A stretch of DNA of 64,000 nt, from positions 161,696,001 to 161,760,000 of the forward strand of contig OZ024740.1 in NCBI GenBank assembly GCA_964016885.1, written 5' to 3'. A program made the translations under genes and the position numbers. The notes beneath the pieces are model-generated. The model did not search any database. It was not told the origin of the DNA and saw only the letters and a program-made list of their open reading frames with translations. Of this stretch, positions 1 to 13,969 are shown in pieces. Source of the stretch: Eledone cirrhosa (lineage: Eukaryota). Within the stretch, counting starts at the first letter, position 1. Each line of letters begins with the position of its first letter.

Positions 1-196
1 TCCTCCTCTCTCATCTTATACTCCTACCCCCACCATTCTTTACTCTCATCTCCTCCTCTTCCTTACCCTTTCCACCCCACCCCACCCACCCCTCACTTTT
101 TCCCAATATCACACATCAATGTTAAATTATTTTTCATATGTTGATTTAAAACTTCACTATTCACAAGTGTTTTTTAACTTTCATATCATGTATCCC

Positions 197-267
197 TATT
201 TTATCTGACGAAAACGCTGATATCGTCTCATGATGATATTTGTTTTTGAAATGCGCATAATAAAATA
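197..267 (+). ncRNA. Type I hammerhead ribozyme at the 3' end of a Penelope-like element remnant
   Basis: TATTTTAT-CTGACGA-[AAAC...GTTT stem II]-GAAA-TGCGCA-TA-ATAAAATA. Stem I has 8 bp, the core is canonical and stem III is palindromic. A short tail and (TA)n follow. Confidence 0.75.
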
Positions 268-305
268 CTTGGAACTCTTTTAACCATCTTTTGATCTTAT
301 ATTAT

Positions 306-664
<359 letters not shown>

Positions 665-668
<4 letters not shown>

Positions 669-834
669 AAAATGTATGACCCCGACGACAGAGCTCAAGC
701 CGTTTCGACGTCGAAACGGCTTGAGCTCTGCCGTCGGGGTCATACATTTTACTATTACCCACTCTACTACCCTAAGTATTGAGTACTCTGGTGCGTTATG
801 GTCCATCTGGTTCCCTACCACAACTCCTTCGTTA
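665..834 (+). mobile_element. Fold-back mini-element family A, copy 2
   Basis: Arms centred on TTTCGACGTCGAAA, with the same tail as 413-630. Flanked by (TA)n. Confidence 0.75.
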
Positions 835-844
835 TATATGTATA

Positions 845-2043
845 TATATATATATATTATTTTCGATAATGTCAGTATTGCATGTCATAATTCTCGATTA
901 TCATTGGTTCATAGGTTTCAAACGACTCTGCCCACCTCAACGACTCCAAAATTAAATTAATATGCATAATGCCAATGAGGGAGTGAGGGGGGAGAGTAAA
1001 AAACAGAGAGGCAAAGTTGGATACACTATGTATATGTGTCAGTGTAGAGACATGTGTGTGATGTGTGTGGAAATAAGAAGAGAAGGAAAGCAATAACTAT
1101 TAACATGTGTGCGTGTGTATGTGTACGTGCGCGTATATTTATGTGTACGTGCGCGTATATTTATGTGTGTGTGCGTGCGTGCAGCGTTCCACAGAAAGTA
1201 AAAACTATCAACATGTGTGAGTGTGTGCGGGTGTGTAAGTGCACGGGTGCGTGTGTAAGTTTGCGTGCGTGTACGCGTAACCATGCGTGTATGTGTGTGT
1301 ACGTGCGGCGTTCCACAATCGCCACGCAGTTTATCTGTCTGTGTGCCTGTCTGTCAGGGAGTAAATAGGGACCTTTTTTTTACATTGACGGACATCTTTT
1401 ATATTTATTATTGTGTCATTTTTTTACAATTGCTCGAAATGAATACTGATATGAAAAGCAATTCGACTTTATCAAACAGTGACCTACAGCGGCGACGGCA
1501 TGCAGCCTGGAATGAAGAAAAGCGGGCTGAACAGCGCCATCGGAACGCCGAACTTCAGAGGCGAAGACGTGCCGCCATGAATGACGAGGAGCTGGCTGAA
1601 CAACGCCAATGAAACACTGGAGCCAAGCAGCGACGGCGTGCTGCGATGGTTGAAGACGAACTGGCTGAGCATCATCTTTTATATTAATTATCTATATCTA
1701 CATATAATATAAAAGATTGGAACTTCCATCATCCTTTTGAGAAACGTGGAACAACCACGTCTATGCAATGATACACGTTTTACAGTCAGGCAGAAGATGA
1801 ACCATCTCCTAGAGGTCACTATTCTAGGTGGGAACACCTAGAATTGTTCATATACTATGCACAAACGGTACAACGAAGAATGTGGTATATCTGGAAGATT
1901 TCTTTTACTGTTTTTTGTATCACAGAGACACCACGGATTCACCTCATACTGTAACCAGACAAACATCCAATACAGTCATTTTCTCTATTACCAGTCTTCT
2001 CTTATCATCTGTTTACCCGGGCGAAGCTGGGTACGTCAGCTAG
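845..2043 (+). mobile_element. Internally deleted (non-autonomous) Helitron
   Basis: 3' hairpin TACCCGGGCGAAGCTGGGTA then CTAG|T at 2040-2044. PIF1 helicase remnant and N-terminal R/E-rich repeats lie inside. The 5' boundary is uncertain (within the TA run). Confidence 0.75.
1439..1900 (+). pseudogene. Helitron Rep/Hel remnants
   Basis: 1439-1675 gives repeats LQRRRHAAWNEEKRAEQR / LQRRRRAAMNDEELAEQR. 1713-1826 gives KIGTSIILLRNVEQPRLCNDTRFTVRQKMNHLLEVTIL (PIF1 motif). 1828 onward gives VGTPRIVHILCTNGTTKNVVYLE (Helitron C-terminus). Confidence 0.8.
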
Positions 2044-2189
2044 TATATATAAATCAAGAAAGAAGAGTGACACGGTTTGCTATATAATAAGGGCTTTAAT
2101 CAAATTGCTGCCAATTGTTTCTCTGAACTGGTAGGTCTAGAGATCGCTACCCGCCTGTGGACTACCTATAACAATAATCTGTTATCCCG

Positions 2190-2974
<785 letters not shown>

Positions 2975-3134
2975 GATAAATATACACGGGTGTGTATGAT
3001 TGTGTATAGAAGATTATATTAATAAAAGGAATTCCAACTTTGTCTGATTTACTCGTTTTATTTACAATCCTTTAAAATTTATAATGGTATTAGAATGAAA
3101 TAGTATGGTAGAATATTAAATGTTAAGTGTTAAT

Positions 3135-3173
3135 TGAACAAGTACTTTCATGCTTTCGCAATCTTCAGTTTCA
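3135..3173 (-). ncRNA. Degenerate minimal hammerhead motif
   Basis: Minus strand reads TGAAA-CTGAAGA-TTGCGAAAGCAT-GAAA-GTAC-TT-GTTCA. Stem III is palindromic and stem I is imperfect. Confidence 0.4.
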
Positions 3174-3209
3174 TATTCTGTGGTGACAGTTAAGTTTGCA
3201 ATTTTCAAC

Positions 3210-3264
<55 letters not shown>

Positions 3265-3269
3265 AACAA

Positions 3270-3470
3270 ATTTAATATAGAAATGGCTTTTACAGGACTA
3301 GAACTGTTTCATTCGAAGAAAATCATCAGGAAAGCCATCATGATTTCCTTCAAATGAAACAGTTCTAGTCATGTAGAAGCCATTTCTATATTAAATCTGT
3401 TATATACTCTCTACTAATGTATTGAGTACCTTACTTACTCTGGTTATCCCGGATTGAACGTGAGACTCAT
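3270..3470 (+). mobile_element. Fold-back mini-element family B, copy 1 (inverted hammerhead pair plus tail)
   Basis: Inverted arms ~3270-3330 and ~3340-3396. Minus 3285-3336 reads GGCTTTC-CTGATGA-TTTTCTTCGAAT-GAAACAG-ttctagtc-CTGTA-AAAGCC. Homologous to 27661-27857. Confidence 0.7.
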
Positions 3471-4705
3471 ATGTGTGTGTATGTGTGTGTTTGGGTGTCA
3501 TTGTTTGCATGCGCGCTCTAATTACGTGTGGGTGAGAAGTCAATTTGTTAAATATATTTCTTTGACGCACAATTTTGGTATAAAATCTTATCCTTCTAAA
3601 CAAAATTTCGTACTTATGAAGATGACCAAGTCGAATAAGTAGCACAGGCGTGTCAAAGGGTCTATGTTTCGCATTCTATCATGAATACTCATTGCATCCG
3701 CAAACATAATATTTATCTCACAAATCTTCCGTAGCCTCATTAAAATTGACAATTGTTGCGTTAGCTTGCAGTTGGGATATAGCCTGATAAGTAATAGCTC
3801 AAGTCATTAGTAATGTATCCAACGGGGAATGGTGGAGCGGCTCATCCCGAGTGGCACAGTTTGAAGGCAGATGCATTTTGTTACATTTGATATGTATTAT
3901 TTTGTTTTTCATAGCAAGGGTGAGATGCAAACTCAAGGACCAACCCAAGTGACACACTAAGCAACACTACTGGATTCCAAACTTTTCCAATGATACACTG
4001 CATGCGAATTCTTCTAGTGTACGAAACGAATTGTTTCTATTACTCTACTTACTATATCGTTTGATTTCCGTGCTGTGGGATGGGAACCGAAGCCTGTTAA
4101 ACCGAAGTATGTTAAACGAACTTCTTGATCATACAACCATTTTGTGTAAAGTACGACCATCACTCACAATCCTGTATGACATGATTGTATGTATCATGCT
4201 ATCGCTAAGATTTTAATTGTCTATGTAATCGCGAGCAGATACGGACACCCTCTTGTCACTAACCCCCCAATAGCCAGCTGAACCTCCAAAATGTGATTGG
4301 TGGAGGAAAAGAGCATTGGAAGCCTGGGCTAGTACACCCTGTGCATGGTTAAGTGGAACTTGGCGAGATTTGAACTCGGAGCGCAGAGAGCCAGAACAAA
4401 TATCTAAACTCGAACGACTTTGCCAAATCAACCATCTTATAGAGAAAATAATTCAGTTAATAAAATTCTCCATTACACCTTTTTAATGTTATTATTTTTT
4501 TTAATTATATAAAAGACGTTCAGTATGGTTTCAAATTCTAGTCGTTTGCTTTTCAAGTGGAAGGCGTGTCTAAGTAATTTGTCTTGTTAGTAATACTGCT
4601 TAGAAATGTGCCAGTGTGTAACTGATGGTTTTATGAAAAACGACCACACCTCTTACGTTTTTGTTCTGCAATATTTTCTTTTGTTAACTAATCTGTCGCT
4701 ACACA

Positions 4706-4814
<109 letters not shown>

Positions 4815-4883
4815 TGCATACATATATATACAATAGATATATATGTGTGTGTGTGTATGTATGTGTGTGTGGGAGGGTGTATG

Positions 4884-4948
<65 letters not shown>

Positions 4949-5599
4949 GTGTTAATACCTTATCTTTACAACAATGTTTCTCTAAGGTTTCACATATACT
5001 CTACTCTGAACTATTCAACCTTACAGCTCATACTTCAAAAGTTCTGATACGCTATCTTTCCTTTCTCATATACGCTTCTCTCGGAGTGTCATTGCCGTTG
5101 CCGTCAGTCAGGTAAAAATCCCCTTTCAAAACAAATTCCAGTTTAAAACAACATACCATAGTAGTTTCAGATTCCGTAATCTGACAAAGACTTTATCATA
5201 ATTATCTAATCTTACTTTCTATCATCACTACTTAACCAGTAATTGGATCAGAAACTAGCTATATTTTTAACAATCTGTGGTTCTATGATGTTGTTGTGTA
5301 GCATTGTGTGTGTATGTGGTGTCTAATGATATCAATTGTGGGTATACTTGGTGCTGTCTTATCATGCTGTTGTTGTTGTTTAGCCCAGGTTATATCTGAT
5401 GAAGCTGATCCACGGGAAAATGCATTCATTACCCCTTGAATATCCCCTCTTTATAAAACCTGACCTTCTTGTTTTAAGAAGATGGTGTTATTTGAGGGAA
5501 TTTGACTGCTATTTCTACTAAACTGTGGGAGGGCCGATGTAGAGGCTCACTCACTGGCTCTCATATAATAATTGTTTCTAACAAATGCAGGAGGTCAGA

Positions 5600-5752
5600 G
5601 GGCGCACTCGATTAAATTCGACTCCAGTACTTCATCCGTGTCATATTTTATCGTTCACGGAATAATGAAAGGCAAAGTTGACCTTGGCAAAATTTGATCT
5701 CAGAATGTAAAGTATCAAAGGTCGCTCTAACGACTCTGTCATTCCATTAACC
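5600..5752 (-). mobile_element. Diverged tRNA-derived SINE with Nin/Deu-like domain
   Basis: Plus strand ATGAAAGGCAAAGTTGACCTTGGCAAAATTTGATCTCAGAA matches the family at 28815. Confidence 0.6.
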
Positions 5753-7149
5753 TTATATGAGGATACATAATTCTGTGTTAACGGGATCATCTTGATTTCA
5801 ATCCCGTAAGTACTTTAACATTGTGACACGGTTATTTTCGATTGTCTGATTGTCCGCTGACGTATCATAATGATGGTGGCGGTGTAATATAGAGAAGAAC
5901 GATAATATGATTATATCTTATATATTATTTTATATAGTCATTATATATATGATTTTGATTATTATATACAACCATATACACACAAAGTTAATCGTTGACC
6001 TTCATGAACCTTTGTGGTTTCAGGAAAGGATTGTCTTGGCTGATAGTCTGACTAGTGAAGAAGACAAACAAATAGAAATATTTTCCATTCTTTAGTTACA
6101 CCCGAATATTTTGATAGTGTAATCTTTTGTTTGCCGATCTAGTTAGCATTGGACAATTTTAGAAACATATATTGCCACTCCTACAGAAAAGCTAGATTAG
6201 GTAAATTATAAATATTTATGTACAACACAGAACATATTAGAAAATCCAAGATGAATTTAATGTAAGTATAATTACAGTTTATAAACCTTATCGGAAAAAA
6301 TAAACAGATGGGGAGAACACTGTTATTCTCTTCGTAAACAAAATAACGTAAGAGATTGCCGGTACATGCTTTACGTCTAAATGGCCGTTTCATAGTAAAC
6401 AAATACTGTCACCCTTTTGTCAACTAAGAGAACAGTACTTATATCAAGCACAAACTAAGAATTAACAGAATTAATTTGCATGATTTGTATTTGTCATCAG
6501 CGTAATTAATGGAATTATAGATATTCATGCATCATACCACCTATATTAAAAAAATCCAAATTAAATTCAATGTGATTATAACTATAGTTTATAAGCCTCG
6601 CTGTGAAAATGTAAAGAAATATGAAAAGCGTTGTTATTCCCTTCGTATACAGAAAAATATGTGTGATTGCCTATGCATGTTAACGGTTAATCTGCCATTC
6701 AACGGTTCACAAGTACCTTTCATCAACACACAATTAATTGCGTCATCGGCGTCTGCACACTATACAAATTAAACTGACCATCTCCTGTACTTACTGAATT
6801 CATTAATATTCTATTAGTCCTTGAGCTAATACTGTTTGTTTCTTACCATATAAGCATTTTCATTAGCTTTTTACTGCTTACTGCATTAAACATTAATGTT
6901 AACGTGACTTGTGTTTCAAGCGAATCGTGTTTCAACTGCGACAGCAACAATATCAACAAAACTTTTCTTTACCCGACACTTTTCTTAACCCTTTTTTAAT
7001 GGGTTAGTCAGGGAAAGATGTGTAACATGTGAGTCCTTCTTCAAGGTCTTCGTGACAAGTGTGAGAAAGTGAGGAAGTTATCCACATATCAGAAACTCGG
7101 CCCAAGGATAACAGATTATGTCTACCATCCCAAAAAGTTTATCATTCCT

Positions 7150-7290
7150 TCAGCGAGCTTCCACACAGGTTCTGGTTACTAAATTTCGGCACGAGACTGC
7201 AGCAGAAGATACTTGCTGAAGGTACCACATGATAGGATCGAATCCGAATCCTTGTAGTTGCAGATAGGCATTCTTAAACAGACAGCCAAG
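7150..7290 (-). mobile_element. Diverged tRNA-derived SINE (second family, CORE-like)
   Basis: GAAGATACTTGCTGAAGGTACCAC...GGATCGAATCC...CTTAAACAGACAGCC. Related copies lie near 8015-8130, 10290-10445 and 45700-45810. Confidence 0.45.
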
Positions 7291-7473
7291 GTCAAATCTT
7301 TCTCAAACGAACATAGTGGATACTCTATTCCTGAAACGAAAATAAATCATGGTTTGAAAATGTTTAATATGTCAGTTCAATCGCTGTCAGCCCAGGGTTA
7401 ATCAACAACAGGCATATAGAAACAATTTGGACAGAAGAAAACAAAAACAAGATATTCGGACCCTTCTAGTCTT

Positions 7474-7970
7474 TTACTGGTTGGGGCACCGCTTTGCGGC
7501 GATTTTACTAAGAGGAAAGGAAAGGGGTTCGTAACCTTGACAACGGTCACACAGCCAGAAACAGCTGTCGGTTGCTTCCCCCGTGCTTCTGGTGGAACTA
7601 TGTGGGTGGTGACGGCCACCACCTTTAATATCCATAGCTAAAAGCTTTCAAATGTTTATTTGTAAATATCGTATATTATTCGATATACAAACCTTACATA
7701 CGTGAATCTATATAGCTATGGTAGGGTGAATAGCCTAATACTATTTCCTGTTCTGGCCGAGCCAGCCTAATGCTCAGTATGCAAATGAGGTTATTGGGCT
7801 CATATACACAGACGTTAAGACTATATGTTTGCGGCTTACCTGAGGTCCAGTATGAGGCATAGCTAAAGTATTAGAATGTTTATTCGTAATCATATAGTAT
7901 ATTATTCGATATACAGACATTACACACATGAATGTATACACAACTATGTTGGAGCGAACACCCTAATTGC

Positions 7971-8015
<45 letters not shown>

Positions 8016-8342
8016 TGACAAGCTTCTGCAGTTTTCGTCTACCAAATTTCACTTACAGTCATTCGTCAAACTCACAGTGGTACTGGGGCCGAAACCACAT
8101 AGTTGTGAAACGAACTCCTTAACCATTGTGATGAGTGTTACACAGCTCCCGAAAAAAAATTACCTGTCGAAGTACACAGTCTAGTCTTAAACTAAATGGT
8201 GCCATGGTATATCAGAGGCAGTGTATCAAGCCTAATTGTTCATCGGACTAACTATGTGATGCATCAGCGCTTACCTGGGGTTACACAACAACACTATCAT
8301 CACCACCAACAATATCATTATCAACAACAGAAACAATACCAT
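7474..8342 (-). CDS. Speculative 3-exon small secreted-peptide model (8342-8275, 7862-7840, 7637-7474)
   Basis: Two CAG|GTAAG donors and two TTTAG| acceptors join in frame to 84 aa: MVLFLLLIMILLVVMIVLLCNPSYASYWTSAMDIKGGGRHHPHSSTRSTGEATDSCFWLCDRCQGYEPLSFPLSKIAAKRCPNQ. No recognised homology. Confidence 0.2.
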
Positions 8343-8601
8343 CACCACCAATAACAACAACAACAATAACAACAACAACAACAACAGTGTTCTAAAAAAA
8401 GATAATAATGGCAACGTTCTCTTGACTAACTCATAAGAGCTAACAAGCCAATGAGTGACTATCAACGCAATCGTTTTGTCAGTTAAAAATAACAGCAAAT
8501 TCTTCCTCATATCACCAACAAAATATAGAAAAGACATATTAGATAATATAGTCCTAGACACATTGCGTGAGAGCTAAGTAAATAAATAAACCTAATCATA
8601 C

Positions 8602-8802
8602 CGGTCGCCAAGGGAGTGTAGTGGATGCCAAGTGGATCCCTATTTTTCAATGATATACCCTCAGATTTAGAAAAATCAACAAAGAAAAGTTTATTCCGAA
8701 ACTCTGCCTCTGAATTATTGTTAATTAGAGTGTCCGACAAGAATGTCCTGAAACTTCCCAAGCACCAAACCCTGGCGACGGGTCTAAACATGATGTTAAC
8801 CA
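8602..8802 (-). CDS. Candidate internal coding exon (201 nt, phase 1-1), unknown protein
   Basis: TTTCAG| acceptor, G|GTATGA donor and one open frame (VNIMFRPVARVWCLGSF...HYTPLAT) in non-repetitive sequence. Confidence 0.25.
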
Positions 8803-11800
8803 CTGAAACTTAGGTCTGTTTAATCAGGACTAATAACAACAACAGCAGTACTGTTAACTATCTATACTAACTTTTCGTTGAAATATTTCCTATTTTCTTC
8901 TTATTTATTTTATCTTTTATTTTAATTACCGTTTCAGCGTATAGTCTTTCGGGATACCCTGTCAAAACCATTGCCACACATCTTAACATTTTTAACGGTG
9001 GTTAAGTAAGCACACTTGGGTTTAAGTTTTTATCCCTGTGTGTGTATGCGCGCGCGTGTGTGTGTGAGAGAGGGGGGGCATACCTTTTATAGAAGTTTAA
9101 CCGATCATTTATTCTATCGAAGCACTAAACCCCCAAAATATAATCTAAGAAAAACACATTAACCTATAAGCACACACACTCACGCGCACATATATATTTA
9201 TACAATCATACATACACACAGAGATGCGTATATATATATATATGATATATATTCCCATATGTATATGTATTATAAACTTTTCCAAACACATATTCTGGAA
9301 TAAATATATACGCATTTGGAAATGCTATACTTTCATTTAATTCTGTCTTTCCTCCTTCATGTTTTGCGTTTTATTTTTCTCTTTCATTTTTTGAGTGGGA
9401 GAGAAGGTTGTTACCTAGCATTAACAGTCTATATAATTTGTGGAGTCGTTATCATATCTCTCTCCCAAATGATCTATTTACAAATGTATGTTAATATAGT
9501 TAAAGGGAGATGTATTGAATGCTATATGCAAAAAAAAAAAAAAAAAGATGAAAATAATTAATTAAAATTCCTTTCTTAGTTGAAGGTGAACAAAATGTTA
9601 GAGGCAAGTATCAGTAACTCTTAATGAAGAAAGGGGAAATAATTTCAAAAGTGTAAGGATTTATTTATCAAAGTTAAATCGTATGCTTTGTTTGTAGACA
9701 TGGGATATTCCAAAGAAATAGTGTATTGGACCTCCGTCGATTCCAACGATCAATGTTTCATTAGATACAATAAACGGTACACACTGCTCGTGAAATTAAC
9801 ATGCAAGTGGCTGATCATCTCACAAACACGTGTACTCTTAACGTGGTTCTCAAAGAGATTCAACGTGATAGAGGACCTGGTTGGGTTAGCCTGTTGAATC
9901 ACAAGTTTATTAGACTTCATTATCATGATATTGTCTACTCAATACGAATAATTTTTAGCCAGTAAAAGTTTCATAACTAAAAATAAAATGAGTCAAAGGA
10001 ATTACTTCCAATCGACCAATGTTAAGAGTTTAGACAATTGAGTTAAAGGGTGGGGTAGTGACTGTCGTACGGAAAAGTTCTTAAATCATGGAAAAGTTTC
10101 TATTATTTCTGTTTATTTATTTATCTATTATTTTACTGTTTTAGTCCTTATACTGCGGTCATACTAGAGCAATATCATAAAGGAATTTAATCGACTCTAT
10201 CGACTCAAGTATTTATTTTTTATGGATCCCTTTTTGCTGAAGAGCTACGTGACGGAACCTAATCAAAATATATTTATAAAAACGAAATTGCTTCCACAAA
10301 TTTTCTGTTCACCAAATTTCATTCCCAAGACATAGATAAACCGAAGGCTGTTTTAAAAGCCACTCCTTCGAGGGTTCGCGCAGTAGGATCGAATTCCGAA
10401 GCCACGTAAATGTAAAACGAATTCCTTAAACACATAGTTATACCTGCACCGATTTAATTTTTCGCTGGCAAAAAATACCACCCTGCAGGCATCTTTTTTT
10501 TTTTTTTTTTTTTTGCTAATGTACACATGTGTGTATGCATGTTTCATAATGTATCGGTCAATATATATAAGTATATGAAAAAAGAAAACTACGTTTGATA
10601 TGCAGATGATGCGAATTCACACCGATATATTTGGTCCAGTGGTTTATTTATACAGCGACATTAATTCTTTAACAAATGGTAAATTGCAACTTAATTAAAC
10701 AAAGAAATCATCGCTCCTTTTTCTTTAGGTGTTGCTAACAAATGTCACTAGCTTTTGTTATCTCAAAATAAGAGAGTGATTTCAAATAATTCATAATTTG
10801 TTTAGTTGAGTACTGCATCAAATTAATTATTTAATTCATGAAATCAGTTCATTTGAGTTATTTCGCTGCCCTGTTTTATTTTTAATTATATTTAATATAC
10901 ACAATTACATACACAGCTACGTACACATACACATGCGGAATTGTTTAAGCGTTGGATGAGATATCATATATATATATATTATTATGACCTACCTGGTTGT
11001 AGACCACAATAACATTTCGTTAGACGGTTTCACATCATTACCTGATACTTTAGAATCTTTAGTGGAGTCTACAAATATTCAGGAAGTATCCGGCTTGACG
11101 CCAGCTTCCTTGCCCCCATTCCCGCCTCTCTCAGAGGCCCTTAACAAGAACCATGGGGTCTGTCCTTCCCTCTAACTTAAACAGTAAAAAAAAATCTCTG
11201 TAAAAAAAATTGTTATTTTGACAGAACATACTTTGGTGAAATTTCCCCCTCCATTTAAAAGAGTAACGCTGGTGGATTAAAATGTCGGCACAAGAGATCG
11301 TATTTCGAATTCTTGGCAAATAAAAATAAACTTCACTACAGATAGAATGTTGCCTCTTTAAGGTGATGCGATTGACTCTACTTACTTCCATGTGTTTACA
11401 TAACCCTCTTCCAATAAATCTAATCTGATAGATAATACAGTAAGTGTATGTTTCAAACTTCGCTGTTCGTGAGTAACTTCTCTGCTTTTTATAGGAATAT
11501 GACGCCATAGTTTATCCCTCCAGGGGAGGTATTTGTTTCCTCAAGTATTCCTTGAATAAAATAATTAGTTGTCATTGTTGTTTAACGTCCAGTCAGCCTT
11601 GATTAAGCACCTATAATGAAAGTTGTTTCAGCCAGGACCATCCCGTCTTTTTTATACGTCTAGAACTAAAAAGAGGTTAAAAAAATAAACTGGTAAGACG
11701 TAGGAGTAGCGTCTAGACCAACAATGTTTCTTAGGTATTTTAAACCTGGTGGAGGCCATCCCTCTCCAGTTTGGAACACAGTCGATTTCTTCTAGAGATA

Positions 11801-11829
11801 CAAACGATAGAGTGAGGTGGAGTGGGGTG

Positions 11830-11953
11830 GATATTAACCTCGAAAAGATGAAAGGCAAAGCTGATCTCGGCGAAATTTGAACTTAAGCCGAAGTGGGCTA
11901 GAACCAATGTTGCAAGCATTGGTTCTAGCCATACGACTCTGCCAATTCGCCGC
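11830..11953 (-). mobile_element. Nin/Deu-like SINE, diverged
   Basis: GATGAAAGGCAAAGCTGATCTCGGCGAAATTTGAACT...CTCTGCCAATTCGCCGC. Confidence 0.6.
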
Positions 11954-12410
11954 TTAGTTGAGGTAAATTACAATATCCTGTTTTTCAAGATGGCAATGTG
12001 TGATTTGATGAAAATTTAGCAGTTATTTCTAGCAAGTCGGACGACCAAATAAAAGCTACCTTGTTAGAGCAATCGATAGCAACTTCTTCTGCCTTTGGGG
12101 GTTTCACCCTATTAATTAAGCTATTTTTTAGCATCTCCGCGCATGTATAATACGTATGTGAAAAGAAAATTTTTTAAAATTTAAATTATTGTATTTCATC
12201 TTTTTCTTAATAACTTTGATGTTTTTGAACAGGGTGTTTCCTGGAGCATTTGACCCTAGAACATAACAGTCAAAGCTAAATAACCAATGACATTTATTAT
12301 TGAAGAGGTGATCGGTTAGCAGAGTCGTTTTCAAACACCACTTACATACTTTTTGGTGGCTGGAGCAGGATCAGCAATTCAGTTATGCTAGCTACAGGAA
12401 TAGATACCCT

Positions 12411-12488
<78 letters not shown>

Positions 12489-12914
12489 TTTCTGCAACAG
12501 TGATTCAAGTGCCAAAACTTCCGAAACATGGTCGATGTTTCCTCAGTGCTTAATTTTTAGTAGTATGACTGTTACTGCTCTCTTGTATTAAATATGTTCA
12601 TACTGACATAAATATGAGCATTAGCTGACTTTATAAGCCACTTTCTATGTTATCACTGAAGATAAATTACCCTTTTTAACTTATATTTTCTAAATCAATG
12701 TATTACATCTTATTCTAAGTTACGAAATCCGACTTAAGTTGAATTAACTTATGGCATGAAGATAAACATACATTTCAGAGATAAATGTTAATTTAGAATC
12801 CGATAAAAGTATCGTAGAAATTAATGTTAGAAATCACAGAATTAAGTTTCGCATAATTAAAGATAAAATTCAAAAAATATATTGTATTGAACCTCCGTCG
12901 GTTCCAGCGATGAA

Positions 12915-13210
12915 TGTTCCATTTGATACAATCAATGGAACAGACTGCTCGTGAAATTAACATGCAGCAAGTGGCTGAGCATTTCACAAACGCATGTACA
13001 TTTAACGTAGTTTTCAAAGATATTCAACGTGATAGAAGGTGTAACAAGTCTGGCCCGTTGGATTACAAGTACAGCTAATGTTTGTCAACATAGTGGACTG
13101 GAGCAACGTTAAGTATTTTGCTCAACGAAACACCGCGCCGCCAGGAATCGAAATTAAGACCGTATGATCTTGAGCTGAACACCCTAACCACTAAGCCACG
13201 CGTCTTCATA
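12915..13210 (-). mobile_element. tRNA-derived SINE (third family, TTGAGCAAGACACTT core), near full length
   Basis: Minus-strand head with A-box TGGCTTAGTGG and B-box-like TTCGATTCC. Its 3' part matches 9740-9905 and 23510-23740. Confidence 0.65.
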
Positions 13211-13916
13211 ACAAATATTGACATCATATGTAAACATTTACAGTTGTAATTGGTTGTTATTGAAAGTTAAATTCAATGAAGTCTAAATTGGTGGATTAAT
13301 ATAATCAATTTCTTTCAACTTATATTTAACACATGAATACATATATGTATATATGTGTGTGTGTGTGGTGTATCATTTATCGGTCTCAACAAAATATGAA
13401 GCTTTGTTAAAAGTTGTACAGAATTAAAACTGAAGATAAATGGCGGCACATGCAATTATGATGGATGATGGTATAAAATCATTTTTTTTTTTTTTTAATA
13501 ATAAACACTCAAACGCGAGTACACGTATGTTTACATAAATGACTCTGTACTTATCTCCGCATATTTGCATGTATATGTATGTATGTAGACATAAATGCCC
13601 CCCCCCCCCCATATATATATGTATATGCGTGTATGTGTGTGCGCGCGTGCGTACATGTTGTATATTAAATAATATATGGGATGTTTATGAAAAACATTTG
13701 AAAACCTTTCGCAAAGAATTTTAAGGTTGTGACCATCGTCGCATACCTAGCTTCAGCAAAACACAGGGGGAAATAATCGACGATGCAATCGATTCTCACT
13801 TTCAGTGTTTATCAAAATTATGTATCTCCCGTATATTATTCAATATACAATAAGTACATTTATATGTACATCGCTATGTCAGACCACCAATACAAATATA
13901 TATATATATATATATA

Positions 13917-13969
<53 letters not shown>

